Of a stretch of 64,000 nucleotides of DNA, positions 40,372 to 52,902 are shown piece after piece. Every line of letters starts with the position of its first letter. Position 1 is the stretch's first letter. The notes under the pieces were generated by a model. The model was not told the DNA's origin, did not search any database, and worked only from the letters and a program-made list of their open reading frames with translations. Where the stretch lies: NCBI RefSeq assembly GCF_006345805.1, contig NC_043000.1:12586001-12650000 (forward strand), read 5' to 3'. This stretch comes from Octopus sinensis (Eukaryota). Made by a program: the position numbers and the translations under genes.

Positions 40372-40608
40372 TTCTTATTTCTTTCCTGCCCACAAGGGGC
40401 TACATACAGAGGAGACAAACAAGGACAGACAAACGGATTAAGTCGATTACATCGACCTCAGTGTGTAACTGGTACTTATTTTAATCGGCCCCGAAAGGAT
40501 GACAGGCAAATTCGACCTCGGCGGAATTTGAACTCAGAACGTAGCTGCAGACGAAATACGGCTAAGCATTTTGCCCGGCGTGCTAACAATTCTGCCAGCT
40601 CGCCGCCT
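40372..40608 (-). mobile_element. SINE family C (ggcggcgagctggcagaa...gccgaggtcgactttgcctttcatcc...taagtaccag)
   Basis: Well-preserved copy. Others at ~881-973, 4900-5020, 5366-5597, 6055-6256, 9507-9715, 9735-9955 and 58785-59005 (plus), and 14637-14860, 16540-16765, 20160-20340, 24885-25050, 30500-30620, 38330-38542 and 40180-40370 (minus). The central segment resembles the Sauria/Meta-SINE-type domain (from memory). Confidence 0.85.
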
Positions 40609-41345
40609 TTATTATAATACTAATAATGCTAGATATGTTGAAATATTTATGCTAGATATGATGAGGTGTACATATATATAAATGTTTAAATGAGGAAACT
40701 CAGTTAATGTGCAAGTTTTCCTGCTTCCAAAAGGTCACATGTCAACACGGATGTATGACTTGTTTGAACAAAATAACAGCTGGTTTTATGACAGCTAGCT
40801 TCAACCAATTTGAATGCTAAAGATTTTTATATTACAAAAATTAAGTAGCTGTATTACAAGGAAAAAACAAGAAAGGCAAACTGAGTTAATCTGTAGAAAA
40901 GTGAAATTAACAAATAAGTAAATAAGCTGAAGTCAGATAAATAAAAAAAAAAGTAGACAAAAATATATATAAGTAGCATTGCTTATATAATAACCACGAG
41001 TGTTTGGTTCATCACACACAAACATATATACACATACATGTGTGCACATGCACATACATACAAGCATATTCTTATACTTTTTCTTTTGCTTGAGCCTTTA
41101 GACTGTGGTTATGCTGGGGCACTGACCTGTAGGGGTTAGTCAATCAAATCAACCCCATTATTTATTTGCTAAAGCCTGGCACTTATTATATCAGCCTTTT
41201 TTTGTTTTTTACTGAACCACTAAGATACAGGGATGTAAACAAACCAATACTAGTTGTCGAGTAATGGGAGACAAACACAAGCATGCATACACACACTCAC
41301 ATATGTATGTGTGTGTGTGTATGTATACATATACATTACATACAC

Positions 41346-41422
<77 letters not shown>

Positions 41423-41559
41423 TATATAAGTACATATGCATGCATGTATATATATCTTGGACTTGGCTCAGCATTGCAAACAAAGATTACGGAGGTGAGT
41501 TTGCAAGCTTGCTGATGCCCAACAAGTCTAATTCAGGACAAATAGGTAATGGGTGTATA

Positions 41560-41925
41560 CTCTTACTCTTTTTCACTCTTTTACTTGTTTCAGTCATTTG
41601 ACTGTGGCTATGCTGGAGCACTGCCTTTATTTGAGCAAATCGATACCCAGGACTTATTCTTTGTAAGCCTAGTACTTATTCTATCCGTCTCTTTTGTTGA
41701 ACTGCTAAGTTACGGGGACATAAACACACCAGCATCAGTTGTCAAGCGATGTTGGGGGGGAAAACACAGACACACATATATACATATATACGATGGGCTT
41801 CTTTCAGTTTCCGTCTACCAAATCCACTCACAAGGGTTTGGTCAGCCCGAGGCTATAGTAGAAGACACTTGCCAAGGATGCCACGCAGTGGGACTGAACA
41901 TGGAACCATGTGCTTCATAAGCAAG
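41560..41925 (-). mobile_element. SINE family A (minus; head abuts the RTE LINE)
   Basis: Reverse complement of the family A body and tail. Confidence 0.85.
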
Positions 41926-43286
41926 CTTATTCATCATAGTTCTCCAGGTAATAACAGAAGAATTCAAGACAGGGTGCACCTGGGAGCTTCTCTATGCTGA
42001 TGACCTTGCTCTAAAACCTGAGTCACTATCAGAACTAGAGGAGAAGTTTCAGGTGTGGAAGCAAGGTCTAGAATCGAATGGCCTTAGAATCAATGTTGCA
42101 AAAACCAAAGTCTTAATAAGTAAGAAGTCAGACAAACCACAAATCCCTTCAGGTAGATGCCCTACTTGATCTGTAGAAAAGAAGTAGGTAGAAACTCCAT
42201 AAGATGTACCCAGTGTAAGCTATGGACACATAAGGGTTGCAGCAATATCAAAGGAAGGCTAACTGGGAAGATAGTTTTTGTGTGTGCCAGATGCTCAGGA
42301 GCAATAAACACTGAAAATGTGCAGAAAACAGCTTCCATCACATTCCAGGGGTCAAAACTACAAGTAGTTGATAACTTCCGTTACCTAGGTGACCAAGTGA
42401 AACATGGGCCATAACAGCTGAGGACATGCATAAGCTTGCAAGGAATGAAGCCAGTATGCTCTGATGGATGTGTAATGTCAGTGTGCATACCCGACAGAGT
42501 GTAAGTACCTTGAGAGAAATGTTGGACCTAAGAAGCATCAGATGTGGTGTGCAAGAGAGACGACTGCGCTGGTATGGTCATGTGCTGTGTATGGATGAGG
42601 ATAGCTGTATGAAAAAGGGTCACACCCTAGAAGTAGAGGGAACCTGCAGAAGAGGTAGACCCAGGAAGACATGGGATGAGGTTTTGAAGCATGACCTTCA
42701 AACATTGAGCCTCACTGAGGCAATGACAAGTGACGTAGACCCTTGGAGATACGCTGTGCTTGAGAAGACCTGGCAAGCCAAGTGAGACTGTAACTGTGAC
42801 ATATGCCAGTGTAGCATAACCAGACCATTAAAGAGTACCCTTCAATCATTGGGCAATAAACTACACTTGCAAAGACCTGGTGAGGCAAGTCATTGTCGTG
42901 TTTGATGACAGTACCATCTGATTGGCACCCCTGCTAGTGGCACGTTAAAAGTAGCATTCGAGCATGGTCAATGCCAGTGCTGCCTGACTAGCTACCATGC
43001 CAGTGGCATGTAAAAAGCACCTTTTAAGCATTGTTGATGCCAGTGCTGGCGGACTGGTCCTGTACTAGTGGCATGTGAAAAGGACCATTCGAGCGAGGTC
43101 GTTGCCAGTGCCACATGAGTGTCTCCTGTGCCAGTGACACATAAAAAGCACCCACTACACTCTCGAAGTGGTTGTCATTAGGAAGGGCATCCAGCTGTAG
43201 AAACTTGCCAGATTGGATTGCCAGCCCCCAGTCAAACCGTCCAACACATGTCAGCATGGAAAGCAGACGTTAAATGGCAACGATGA

Positions 43287-43290
<4 letters not shown>
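41925..43290 (+). mobile_element. 5'-truncated RTE-clade LINE: RT core, Cys/His finger, C-terminus, 3' UTR with ~66-bp repeats and (GAT)n tail
   Basis: EEFKTGCTWELLYADDLAL (YADD at 41993-42004); CRKEVGRNSIRCTQCKLWTHKGC...CARC; RRLRWYGHV...RRGRPRKTW; ends gacgttaaatggcaacgatgatgat. Confidence 0.92.
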
Positions 43291-43362
<72 letters not shown>

Positions 43363-43374
43363 GTATGTATATAT

Positions 43375-43759
43375 ATAGAACCTTGCAGTACGAGTACCCC
43401 ATTGTATGAGTAATTTGCTGTACTAGCCGAGTCTCGTGCAAATTTTTGTCTTGAAATACGAGCAGAAATTCACAGTACGAGCACATAAATCGTCCCATCT
43501 TTAAGGTAATTCAGTTAATAAAACCAGTTTAAAATATTTATTTTGCATTCTTTTTTTTTACAATTGTCATTTTACTTGTAACTACACCTTTTCCGTTTTA
43601 AAACCCATAAAAAATTATTTTCGAGTAGTTTTGTGGGGCTGGAACGGATTAATTACATTTTAGTTAATTTCAATGGGAAAATTTGCTTTGTAAGACGAGT
43701 AGATCGTAAGACGAGCTCGGTCGCGGAACAAATTAAACTCGTACTACGAGGTATCACTG
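43375..43759. mobile_element. pogo/Tigger-like MITE
   Basis: Right end actcgtactacgaggtatcactg^TA (TIR CAGTGATACCTCG...); degenerate left end agaaccttgcagtacgagt; internal tacgag repeats. Confidence 0.7.
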
Positions 43760-43917
43760 TATATTAATTACTGGTAGGGACACATTATCTCGTTTTGGCT
43801 ACCCTAAAATACAATCAAGTATATTAGATGTTTACAAGTCTAGATCCTGTCTTACTGTGTGTTAGAAGTGCAGAGTATTCACTTTTAAGTTTGTATACAG
43901 ATTTCCTCTATATTTTT

Positions 43918-44302
43918 TGGAAGCACTCCGTCGGTTACGACGACGACAGTTCCGGTTGATCCGATCAACGGAACAGCCTGCTCGTGAAATTAACGTGTAA
44001 GTGGCTGAGCACTCCACAGACACGTGTACCCTTAACGTAGTTCTCGGGGATATTCAGCGTGACACAGAGAGTGACAAGGCCGGCCCTTTGAAATACAGGT
44101 ACAACAGAAACAGGAAGTAAGAGTGAGAGAAAGTTGTGGTGAAAGAGTACAGCAGGGATCACCACCATCCCTGCCGGAGCCTCGTGGAGCTTTTTAGATG
44201 TTTTCGCTCAATAAACACTCACAACGCCCGGTCTGGGAATCGAAACCGCGATCCTACGACTGCAAGTCCACTGCCCTAACCACTGGGCCATTGCGCCTCC
44301 AC
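43918..44302 (-). mobile_element. tRNA-derived SINE family B (young, CpG-rich copy)
   Basis: Head gtggaggcgcaatggcccagtggttagggc...ggtttcgattccc (A and B boxes); almost identical to 54528-54911. Confidence 0.9.
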
Positions 44303-44535
44303 TTTCCTCTATATAAGCTACACACACACACAGAGAAACAAATGATAAATGCATGGGGTATGTGAAAGGAATGTACTTAGTTAATTTAGTTCAGTTTACA
44401 AGTGTACAATACAGTGGAGAGTAAGACAGACAACAATAAATAAATAAGTTGGTCAATGAGTTATTAAGTGAAAGAAAGTAAGTTGAGTGTTGGTACCAAC
44501 CGCCCAGCCAACCAACCGCCCAACCATCCAGCAAA

Positions 44536-44574
<39 letters not shown>

Positions 44575-45186
44575 ACCAGCCAACCAGCCAGCCAGCCAGC
44601 CAGTTAGCTATCCTTCCTCTCCATCACAAGAAAACATTGACACATACACTCTGAAATACTATGTCAGTTAAATATACAGGACAAGACTAACGGAAAGAGC
44701 TATGGTGGAAGTTTTTTTTTTTTTTTTTTTGTTTTTGTTTTTTGTTTTTGTTTTTTGTTTTTGTTTAACAACCCTGTTGTTGCTGATATAATAGAGGTAG
44801 TTAACACAGTGGGAGTCTGAGGTTGGAGTCGGTGGTTGGTAAATAAGAACAGTGAGAAGAGTATATAATATTATACTAGTGCCTCTCATCCAGTGTTGTG
44901 TAACATTATATATATATACATATATATATATATACATATATATGCATATATATAATATATATATATACATTATATATATATATATACATTATATATATAT
45001 ATATACATTATATATATATATACATACATTATATATATATATACATACATTATATATATATATATACACATTATATATATATATATATTATATATATACA
45101 TTATATATATATACATTATATATATATATATATAATCTTTTATTCTTTTATGTTTCAGCCTTTATATATATTTACCACATATCACA

Positions 45187-45244
<58 letters not shown>

Positions 45245-46395
45245 CACATAACATGTATATTTTATTATCATCATTTAACATCTATGTTCCATACCTGTGT
45301 GTGTGTGTGTGTATAAATAATTCAGGGAGGGAGTTGAGAAGGAGGAGACAGAGAGAGGAGGAGAAAGCAGAAAGAAGAGATAGACAGACAGGTAGAGATA
45401 CACAGACACACATAAACACAAACATCTACACACATCCATATATGCTGCCGTGTGAGTTTGAGGCTGGAATTTTGTAACACTAGTCCTGTTAATCAATTTT
45501 GATAATTACATATATGTTTTGTTGATTGTTTTGGATTGCTGTAAGTGCTTAAGAGAGCCTGCAGAAATATAAAAGTACATAACCAAAAAAATACAAAAAC
45601 ATATTACTTAATTACTAATTACTGTTATTAGCATGTAATTAAATAAAATAATTTCCTTTTATGTAATAAGGCACGTGTCATGAATTTTCAATCCTTCCTT
45701 GTACACACACACACACACACACACACACATGCATATACATATGTATATATGTAAGTATATATGCACATATATATATACATGCATATATATATGTACACAC
45801 ACATATACACATGCACACAGATAGATGTGTGTGTGTGTGAGTGAATGAGCATGCGTGTGTAAGTCACAAGGGTAGGTGAGAGCCTGTTTGATGTGAATCA
45901 GTTTGGAAATGTATGTAAAAATTGTGGTGAGGCAGGGTATATTTGGGTATATGATATAAAAAAAGAAAATATGATATGATACAATGCGGTGTAGAGTAGT
46001 ATTTTGAATGAGGGTCCAATGTCGGATATAGGGCCCCATTTGAAACATCTGGTGCAAAAGCATAGGTGCATGGTTATTACTACACTCACAGAGTGGTTGG
46101 CGTTAGGAAGGGCATCCAGCTGTAGAAACACTGCCAGATCAGACTGGAGGCTGGTGCAGCCTCCTGGCTTCCCAAACCCCAGTCGAACCGTCCAACCTGT
46201 GCTAGCACGGAAAATGGACATTAAACGATGATGATGATGATAATGAAGGATTTGGGTTCAGTTCCACTGCATGGCACCTAAGGTGTCTTGTATTATAGCC
46301 CTAGGCCAATGAATGCCCTGTGAATAAATTTGTAGATGGAAACTGAAAGCAGACTGTTTTATATATATGTATATTTATCATCTTGTGTGTGTGTA

Positions 46396-46564
46396 CGAGG
46401 GTGTGCTGAAAAGTTCCTGGCTTTAAGGGTATCGTGAAAGGTCTGATTGGCAGCCCAATTTTCTGAATTCTTTTACAGGGCTTAGAAAAATTGAGGGGAA
46501 TCTGTTGAATAAAATCATAATTAACTGATCCTCCTGTATTTTGAAGCAAAGAACTTTTCACCAT
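46396..46564. mobile_element. Mariner-type MITE inserted in the microsatellite of a SINE
   Basis: Left end TA^cgagggtgtgctgaaaagttcctggcttt; degenerate right end aagcaaagaacttttcacc. Confidence 0.55.
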
Positions 46565-46599
46565 ACATGCATGTACGCATAAGTATGTGTATATTTGTT

Positions 46600-46830
46600 T
46601 CTTCTTGCCTTGACATTGTATGATAGTTTTAAGATGTTTGTCACTGTCATACAAAGTGTTATTCGTTTCCAATATTCTGCAAGAACATGTCTGGCCATTG
46701 GGAAATGTTACCTTGCTTGGAAATAGGTGAGGGTTGGCAACAGGTAGAGCATCCAGTCATAGAAAATCTGCCTGAATAAACTCTGTCCAGGCAATGCAAA
46801 CATGGAAAAGTGAACATGATTATGATACAT
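46600..46830 (+). mobile_element. Family E repeat with an RTE-derived tail
   Basis: cttgacattgtatgatag...ccttgcttggaaa.aggtgagggttggc.acagg...catccag.catagaaaatctgcc...catggaaaagt. Copies at ~2520-2700 (minus), 7265-7480, 16810-17050 and 29420-29625. Confidence 0.75.
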
Positions 46831-46908
46831 GCACACACACACAAACACACACATACACACACATTTAACCCTTCGGTTTATACCAAGTGCTGGAGGTTCT
46901 ATCATACT

Positions 46909-47327
46909 AGGCGTAGGAGTGGCTGTGTGGTAAGTAGCTTGCTTACCAACCACATGGTTCCAGGTTCAGTCTCACTGCGTGGGACCTTGGGCAAGTGTCT
47001 TCTACTATAGCCTCGGGCCGACCAAAACCTTGTGAGTGGATTTGGTAGACGGAAACTGAAAGAAGCCCGTCGTGTGTGTCTGTATATATATATATACATA
47101 TGTATGTGTGTGTATATGTTTGTGTGTCTGTGTTTGTTCCCCCAACATCGCTTGACAACCGATGGTGGTGTGTTTACGTCTCCGTAACTTAACAGTTCGG
47201 CAAAAGAGAACAATAGAATAAGCACCAGGCTTACAAAGAATAAGTCCTGGAGTGGATTTGCTTGACTAAAGGTGGTGCTCCAGCATGGCCACAGTCAAAT
47301 GACTGAAACAAGTAAAAGAGTAAAAAG
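46909..47327 (+). mobile_element. SINE family A
   Basis: Well-preserved full-length copy. Confidence 0.88.
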
Positions 47328-47941
47328 CATACTTTTTAGTCTTGAACACCTAATATAAAGCCACTTCCCCCCCACCTCAAACATGCTCCCACTCATTCAA
47401 AGTAACTCTTTTCCTTTCTTTTCTTTCTTCTGCTTTGCCTGTTACTTGGCAACCTCACTAGCACTGGTGTCACAAAATTAAGCACACATTGCACACCGAA
47501 AAATAGTTGACATCGGGAAGGGCATCCAGCGGAAGAAACCATGCCAAAGATAACATCTGCAGCTTGTCAAATCCTGTTAGACTCTCCCACTAATGCCATC
47601 AATTAAAACAGACATTACATGACAATAATGATGATGATGATGAAGATGCTAGTAATGATGATGATGGTGATGATGGTTACGTTTCCTACATTGTTGTTGG
47701 AATATGTTGAAATATATATATATATTTATGTGTGTGCTTTTGTCCCCCCTACCATCACTTGACAACCGATGGTGGTGTTTTTATGTCCCCATAACTTAGC
47801 AGTTCAGCAAAATAGTTTGACAGAATAAGTACTAGGCTTACAAAGAATAAGTCCTGGGGTTGATTTCTTCAACTAAAAACTCTTTAAGGCAGTGCTCCAG
47901 CAGGGCTGCAGTCAAATGACAGAAACATGTAATAGAATAAA

Positions 47942-47999
<58 letters not shown>

Positions 48000-48690
48000 T
48001 ATTATATATATGTATGTATATATGTATATATATATTGGTGCAACAATCTCGGCTTTGTGATGTATGGTTAGCAGCTGATGCAGTGAGATTTTTTTAACCC
48101 CTGCAATGTGATACACTTACTGGTGAACCCCCCACTTGCAGTAAGATATACAACAAAGTTCTTGCAGCGTGATATACAACAGAACAAACACCTGTGGTGT
48201 GATATACAACAGAACAAAGCAAACTCCTGCCACTCGAAATGTGATAAACAAAGGAGAGCATTTGATATACAGCAGATAATTATTTCAGTAGATAATAACT
48301 CTTCTATATACGATCTAGAATTAAATCTGTACACATACACATGCAGGCATGCACACACACACACACCACACCCATATATATATATTTTTAGACTGTGACC
48401 ATGCTGCAGCATCACCTTGAAGTTTTAGTCAAATGAACGGGCTGTAGTTCTTATTTTTTTAAGCCTGGTACTTACTCAATCAGTCTCTTTTTGCCAAATC
48501 ACTAAGTTATGAGGACATAAACACACCAATACCGGTTGTCAGTGGTGATGGAGGTACAAACAGACATACACACACACACACATATGGCTGTGCTCCAGCA
48601 TGGCCACAGTCAAATGACTGAAACAAGTAAAAGAGTAAAATAGTATGTGTGTATTTATATATATATATATATATATATATACATACATAC

Positions 48691-48722
<32 letters not shown>

Positions 48723-48992
48723 CATACATACATACTATATATATATATAATAATAATTTGAGTGAAAAAAAGAGTAATTCAAAATGATGTTATGTTTCGG
48801 TACACAAACATTTTATTCCATACCACATATAAAGTACTTCCCTTTATAATTAACTGGAGTTTAACCAATATTTGCTCAGTTAATGAAATACTGCATTAGC
48901 CAGTTTCCTACATTAAGTGCTGACAAGATGATAACCTGGATTATAATTATCTCCTTACTTTATACATACATACATACATATATATATATATA

Positions 48993-49361
48993 TCTCTCTA
49001 TATATAAACGGCAGTTTGTCTGTGCGTGTTTCTGTGTGTCTGTTTTCTCGTACCCTCACCCTGACCACGGCTTTCAACCGATTCTGATGAAACTTGACAC
49101 ACACATAGCCCAATGTCATAATTCAAAACTAACGCAGCGAAAATTTTGAAAAGTTCCCCCAGTTCTGAAAAAAATCGATAAATTCGACATGGGGTCGAGA
49201 ATCAGAAACACAAACCACAGACTGTCTAGGGGACGCAACTCGACCTTTTTAACTAAAAAGATTTACCATATTTTTTTTTCCATTTTTTGGCTAAAACTCT
49301 CTAAAAATGCTTTATAGTTATTTCCCTTACAAACCCGAGCAACGCCGGACGATACTGCTAG
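48993..49361 (+). mobile_element. Non-autonomous Helitron, copy 2
   Basis: Near-identical to 33055-33435; A^TC...CTAG^T ends. Confidence 0.9.
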
Positions 49362-49574
49362 TATTATATTAAATTAGAGATAATATAATATAATATATTT
49401 ATACTATAAAATTGGATTTAATCCAAAATCTGATTTTTCCCTGTAAGTTTGGATTTATTCCCTAATATTTTATTATATATATATAGTATAATTCAGGTAA
49501 TAACTTCGTAGCATGCTTCATCACATTCCACCTGAGGAAGCACCTGCACAAAGCTGATGCTGAAAAACATTTAA

Positions 49575-49958
49575 TCTCTCTCTATATAAACGGCAGTTTG
49601 TCTGTGCGTGTTTCTGTGTGTCTGTTTGCTTGTACCCTCACCCTGACCACGGCTTTCAACCGATTCTGATTAAACTTGACACACACATAGCCCAATGTCA
49701 TAATTCAAAACTAACGCAGTGAAAATTTTGAAAAGTTCCCCCAGTTCTGAAAAAAATCGATAAATTCGACATGGGGTCGAGAATCAGAAACACAAACCGC
49801 AAACTGTCTAGGGGACGCAACTCCACCTTTTTTTACTCTCAAAAAAAATTTACCATCAGTTTTTTCCATTTTTTTGCTATTTTTTGGCTATAACTCTCTA
49901 AAAATGCTTTATAGTTATTTCCCTTACAAAACTGAGCAACGCCGGGCGATACTGCTAG
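49575..49958 (+). mobile_element. Non-autonomous Helitron, copy 3
   Basis: Near-identical to 33055-33435; A^TC...CTAG^T ends. Confidence 0.9.
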
Positions 49959-50094
49959 TTATATAATAATTCTAAAGAATAATCTATATAATGTTATATA
50001 AATGAAAACTCAGCTGGTATCCGGTGCAGGAACAAATACTGTGAATTGCTATTAAAACTTGGTATTTTCTATCATTGTGCTATATTATTCTTAT

Positions 50095-50261
50095 CACAGG
50101 TGTGGCTCTGTGGTAAGAAGCTTGCTTCTCAACCACACGGTTCTGGGTTCAGTCTCACTTTGTGGCATTTTGGGCAAGTGTCTTCTACTATAGCTTTGGG
50201 CCTTTCAATGCCTTGTTAGTGAATTTGATACACAGAAACTGAAAGAAGACCACCATGTGTG

Positions 50262-50295
<34 letters not shown>

Positions 50296-50427
50296 ATATA
50301 GTAAATAAAAAAAAACGAAGAACAAACACAAGGATGTGGTACATATAAAGTATTAGGAGACACTCAGGGAAGGAAAGAAAGGTGGTTTAAAGTTTCGAGC
50401 AATGCTCTTCTTCAGAAACAGAGGAAA

Positions 50428-50462
<35 letters not shown>

Positions 50463-50933
50463 GCCGCCGTCGTCGCCGCCGTCGTCGTCATCATCATCGT
50501 TTAACGTCCACTTTCCATGCTAGCATGGGTAGGACGATTTGACTGAGGTCTGGCGAACCAGACTCCAATCTAATTTGGTGGAGTTTCTACAAATTGGATG
50601 CCCTTCCTAACGCCAACCACTCCGAGAGTGTAGTGGGTGCTTTTATGTGCCACCGGCATGAGGGCCAGTCAGGCGGTCGCCAACAATTATCGTGTGTGTG
50701 TGTGTGTGTGTGTGTGCTTTGTCTGTGTTTGTTCCCACCACCATTTGACAACTGGTGTTGGAGTTTACATCCCCATAACTTAGTGGTTTGGCAAAAGAGA
50801 CCAATAGAATAAGTACTAGGGTTAAGAAATAAGTCCTAGGATCAATTTGTTCGACTAAAACCCTTCAAGGTGGTCTTCCAGCATGGCCGTAGTCGAATGA
50901 CTAAATCAAGTAAAAGAAAAAAAGGCATAAAAA

Positions 50934-50935
<2 letters not shown>
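50095..50935 (+). mobile_element. SINE family A interrupted by a hammerhead element and an RTE tail
   Basis: Head at 50095-50255, tail at ~50690-50935, inserts in between. Confidence 0.8.
50300..50430 (-). mobile_element. Third, partial copy of the hammerhead-bearing short element (motif 50385-50419)
   Basis: Reverse complement: GUUU CUGAAGA A GAGC-auu-GCUC GAAACUUU AAAC. Lies next to the (TA)n of a SINE. Confidence 0.55.
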
Positions 50936-50990
<55 letters not shown>

Positions 50991-52206
50991 AGTGTACAGT
51001 CATATATGTAGTGGTAAATTTCTATTGCTATATGTACAATTGGTAACTTCTGAGACCCCCTTTGATCACGACACTGACCATGGGATTGCACATAGAAAGT
51101 TACCTTCCTAGGCACAACTCCAGGCAAGGTTGTTTATTGAAGACCAGCAGTCGCCCATGCATACCGGCCTCCCGTCTCCACACCACCGGTGTTATCCAAG
51201 GGAAAGGCAAAGGGGTCAATACAGCTTGGCACCCATGACATCGCTACTCATTTCTACAGCTGAGTGAACTGGAGCAACAGGAAATAAAGTGTCTTGCTCA
51301 AGAACACAACACACAGCCTGGTCTGGGATTTGAGCCCACAACCTCCCGATCGTAAGCTCGACGCTCTAACCACTGAGCCATGCGCCTTCAATTGGTTACT
51401 TCTACAAAGACAAATACTGTTAGAAATTACTATTGCAGTACATGTACTTGCTAATTTGTGTAGTGACATTATACAGCAGCTAACCACAATTGCAGGAACT
51501 GCACTTGGTAACTCCTGCAGTGACATCTCTAACAGGAACTGCAATTACAGTGTGTGCAACTGGGAACACCATCAGCGTCAAATGTAGCTTGAAATCTCTA
51601 CCGTAGTATGTGTAACTGAGGTTTTTTAACTCCCAACAACAGTGTCATATTGCAGCTGATAATAATAGTAGGTGGCAGATAGTGTTGGTAGTAGTCAGTG
51701 TGTGTCAAAATGGCAAGATGTTCAGCAAACACTGACGAAGACCCAAGAGAGTTTCAACAAGCGTATAATCACTGATATTGTTTGTTAACAGCCAATGGTG
51801 TCATTTAATGAGGACAACATCATGACAACACTCTGCTATTAAGTCTTGTGTTGAAGCTTAGCTAAATGTTGTTGGAGGTTATGTGTGCTCGGTTACCTTA
51901 GGCTGCCGATGATGATGTACGAAATAGCTATTCTGCTGATGCTTGTAAATTAAACAGCAAGTTCAAGATGCAGCATGAAGCCTTAGTGGTTTACACACCA
52001 CACTTTAGTGGTGAACATATTAACACAGTATTGTATGATCCTCACAGCAGCAGAGACTACATCATCATAGTGTAGTACACATATCAGTAGTGAACACATC
52101 AACACAATGATGCTGACATTATACTTTAGTACTGGAGTGATTCAGGCATATCAAATTTCATCCACATACAAATCAAACCTTAATGACATATACATCAAAC
52201 TTCTAT

Positions 52207-52388
52207 GAGTGGCTGTGTGGTAAGTAGCTTGCTTACCAGCCACATGGTTTCGGGTTCAGTCCCACTGCATGGCACCTTGGGCAAGTGTCTTCTACTATAG
52301 CCTCGGGCCGACCAAAGCCTTGTGAGTGGATTTGGTAGACGGAAACTGAAAGAAGCCCATCGTATATATGTATGTATGTATATATATT

Positions 52389-52443
<55 letters not shown>

Positions 52444-52900
52444 TATATATAAGGTTAATCCAAACGGGAAAACAGAAAAAACAACAACACGTGGAACAAT
52501 TACAGTATTATTATTATTAGGCGCTCAGGAAAATGGAAGAAGGAGGGTATGACGTTTCGAGCGGAGCTCTTCGTCGGAAACATAAGAGAAAGAAAGAAAG
52601 ATCCCGAGACGGGAGGACAGAGGAAAAAGAAATTGCAGGTCGTCTTCACGAGGTCACATGTATGTATGTATGTATGTGTGTGTGTGTGTATATATATGTT
52701 TGTGTGTCTGTGTGTGTTCCCCCAACATTGCTTGACAACCGATGCTGGTGTGTTTACATCCCCGTAACTTAGTGGTTCCGCAAAACAGACCAATAGAATA
52801 AGTACTAAGCTTACAAAGAATAAGTCCTGGGGTTGATTTGCTCGACTAAAGGCGGTGCTCCAGCATGGCTGCAGTCAAATGACTGAAAAGAGTAAAGAGT
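52207..52900 (+). mobile_element. SINE family A interrupted by a hammerhead element
   Basis: Head at 52207-52365, tail at ~52695-52900. Confidence 0.85.
52452..52636 (-). mobile_element. Second copy of the hammerhead-bearing short element (motif 52547-52581), inside the (TA)n of a SINE
   Basis: Reverse complement: GUUU CCGACGA A GAGC-ucc-GCUC GAAACGUC AUAC. Shares the ...tttggattaac end and the cctgagcg segment with 32282-32498. Confidence 0.6.
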
Positions 52901-52902
52901 AA

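Noticed and set aside
43965-44168. Identical 67-77 aa ORFs at two loci (also 54545-54778)
   Set aside because: Identity comes from two young SINE B copies, not from a duplicated gene.
43918-44302. tRNA genes in SINE heads
   Set aside because: A and B boxes are present, but the sequences continue into SINE bodies and are multicopy and diverged; not bona fide tRNAs.
49525-49570. CTGAGGA...GAAA hammerhead-like string (also CTGACGA at ~51733)
   Set aside because: No stem III, cleavage triplet or stem I partner could be formed; at best these are decayed relics.
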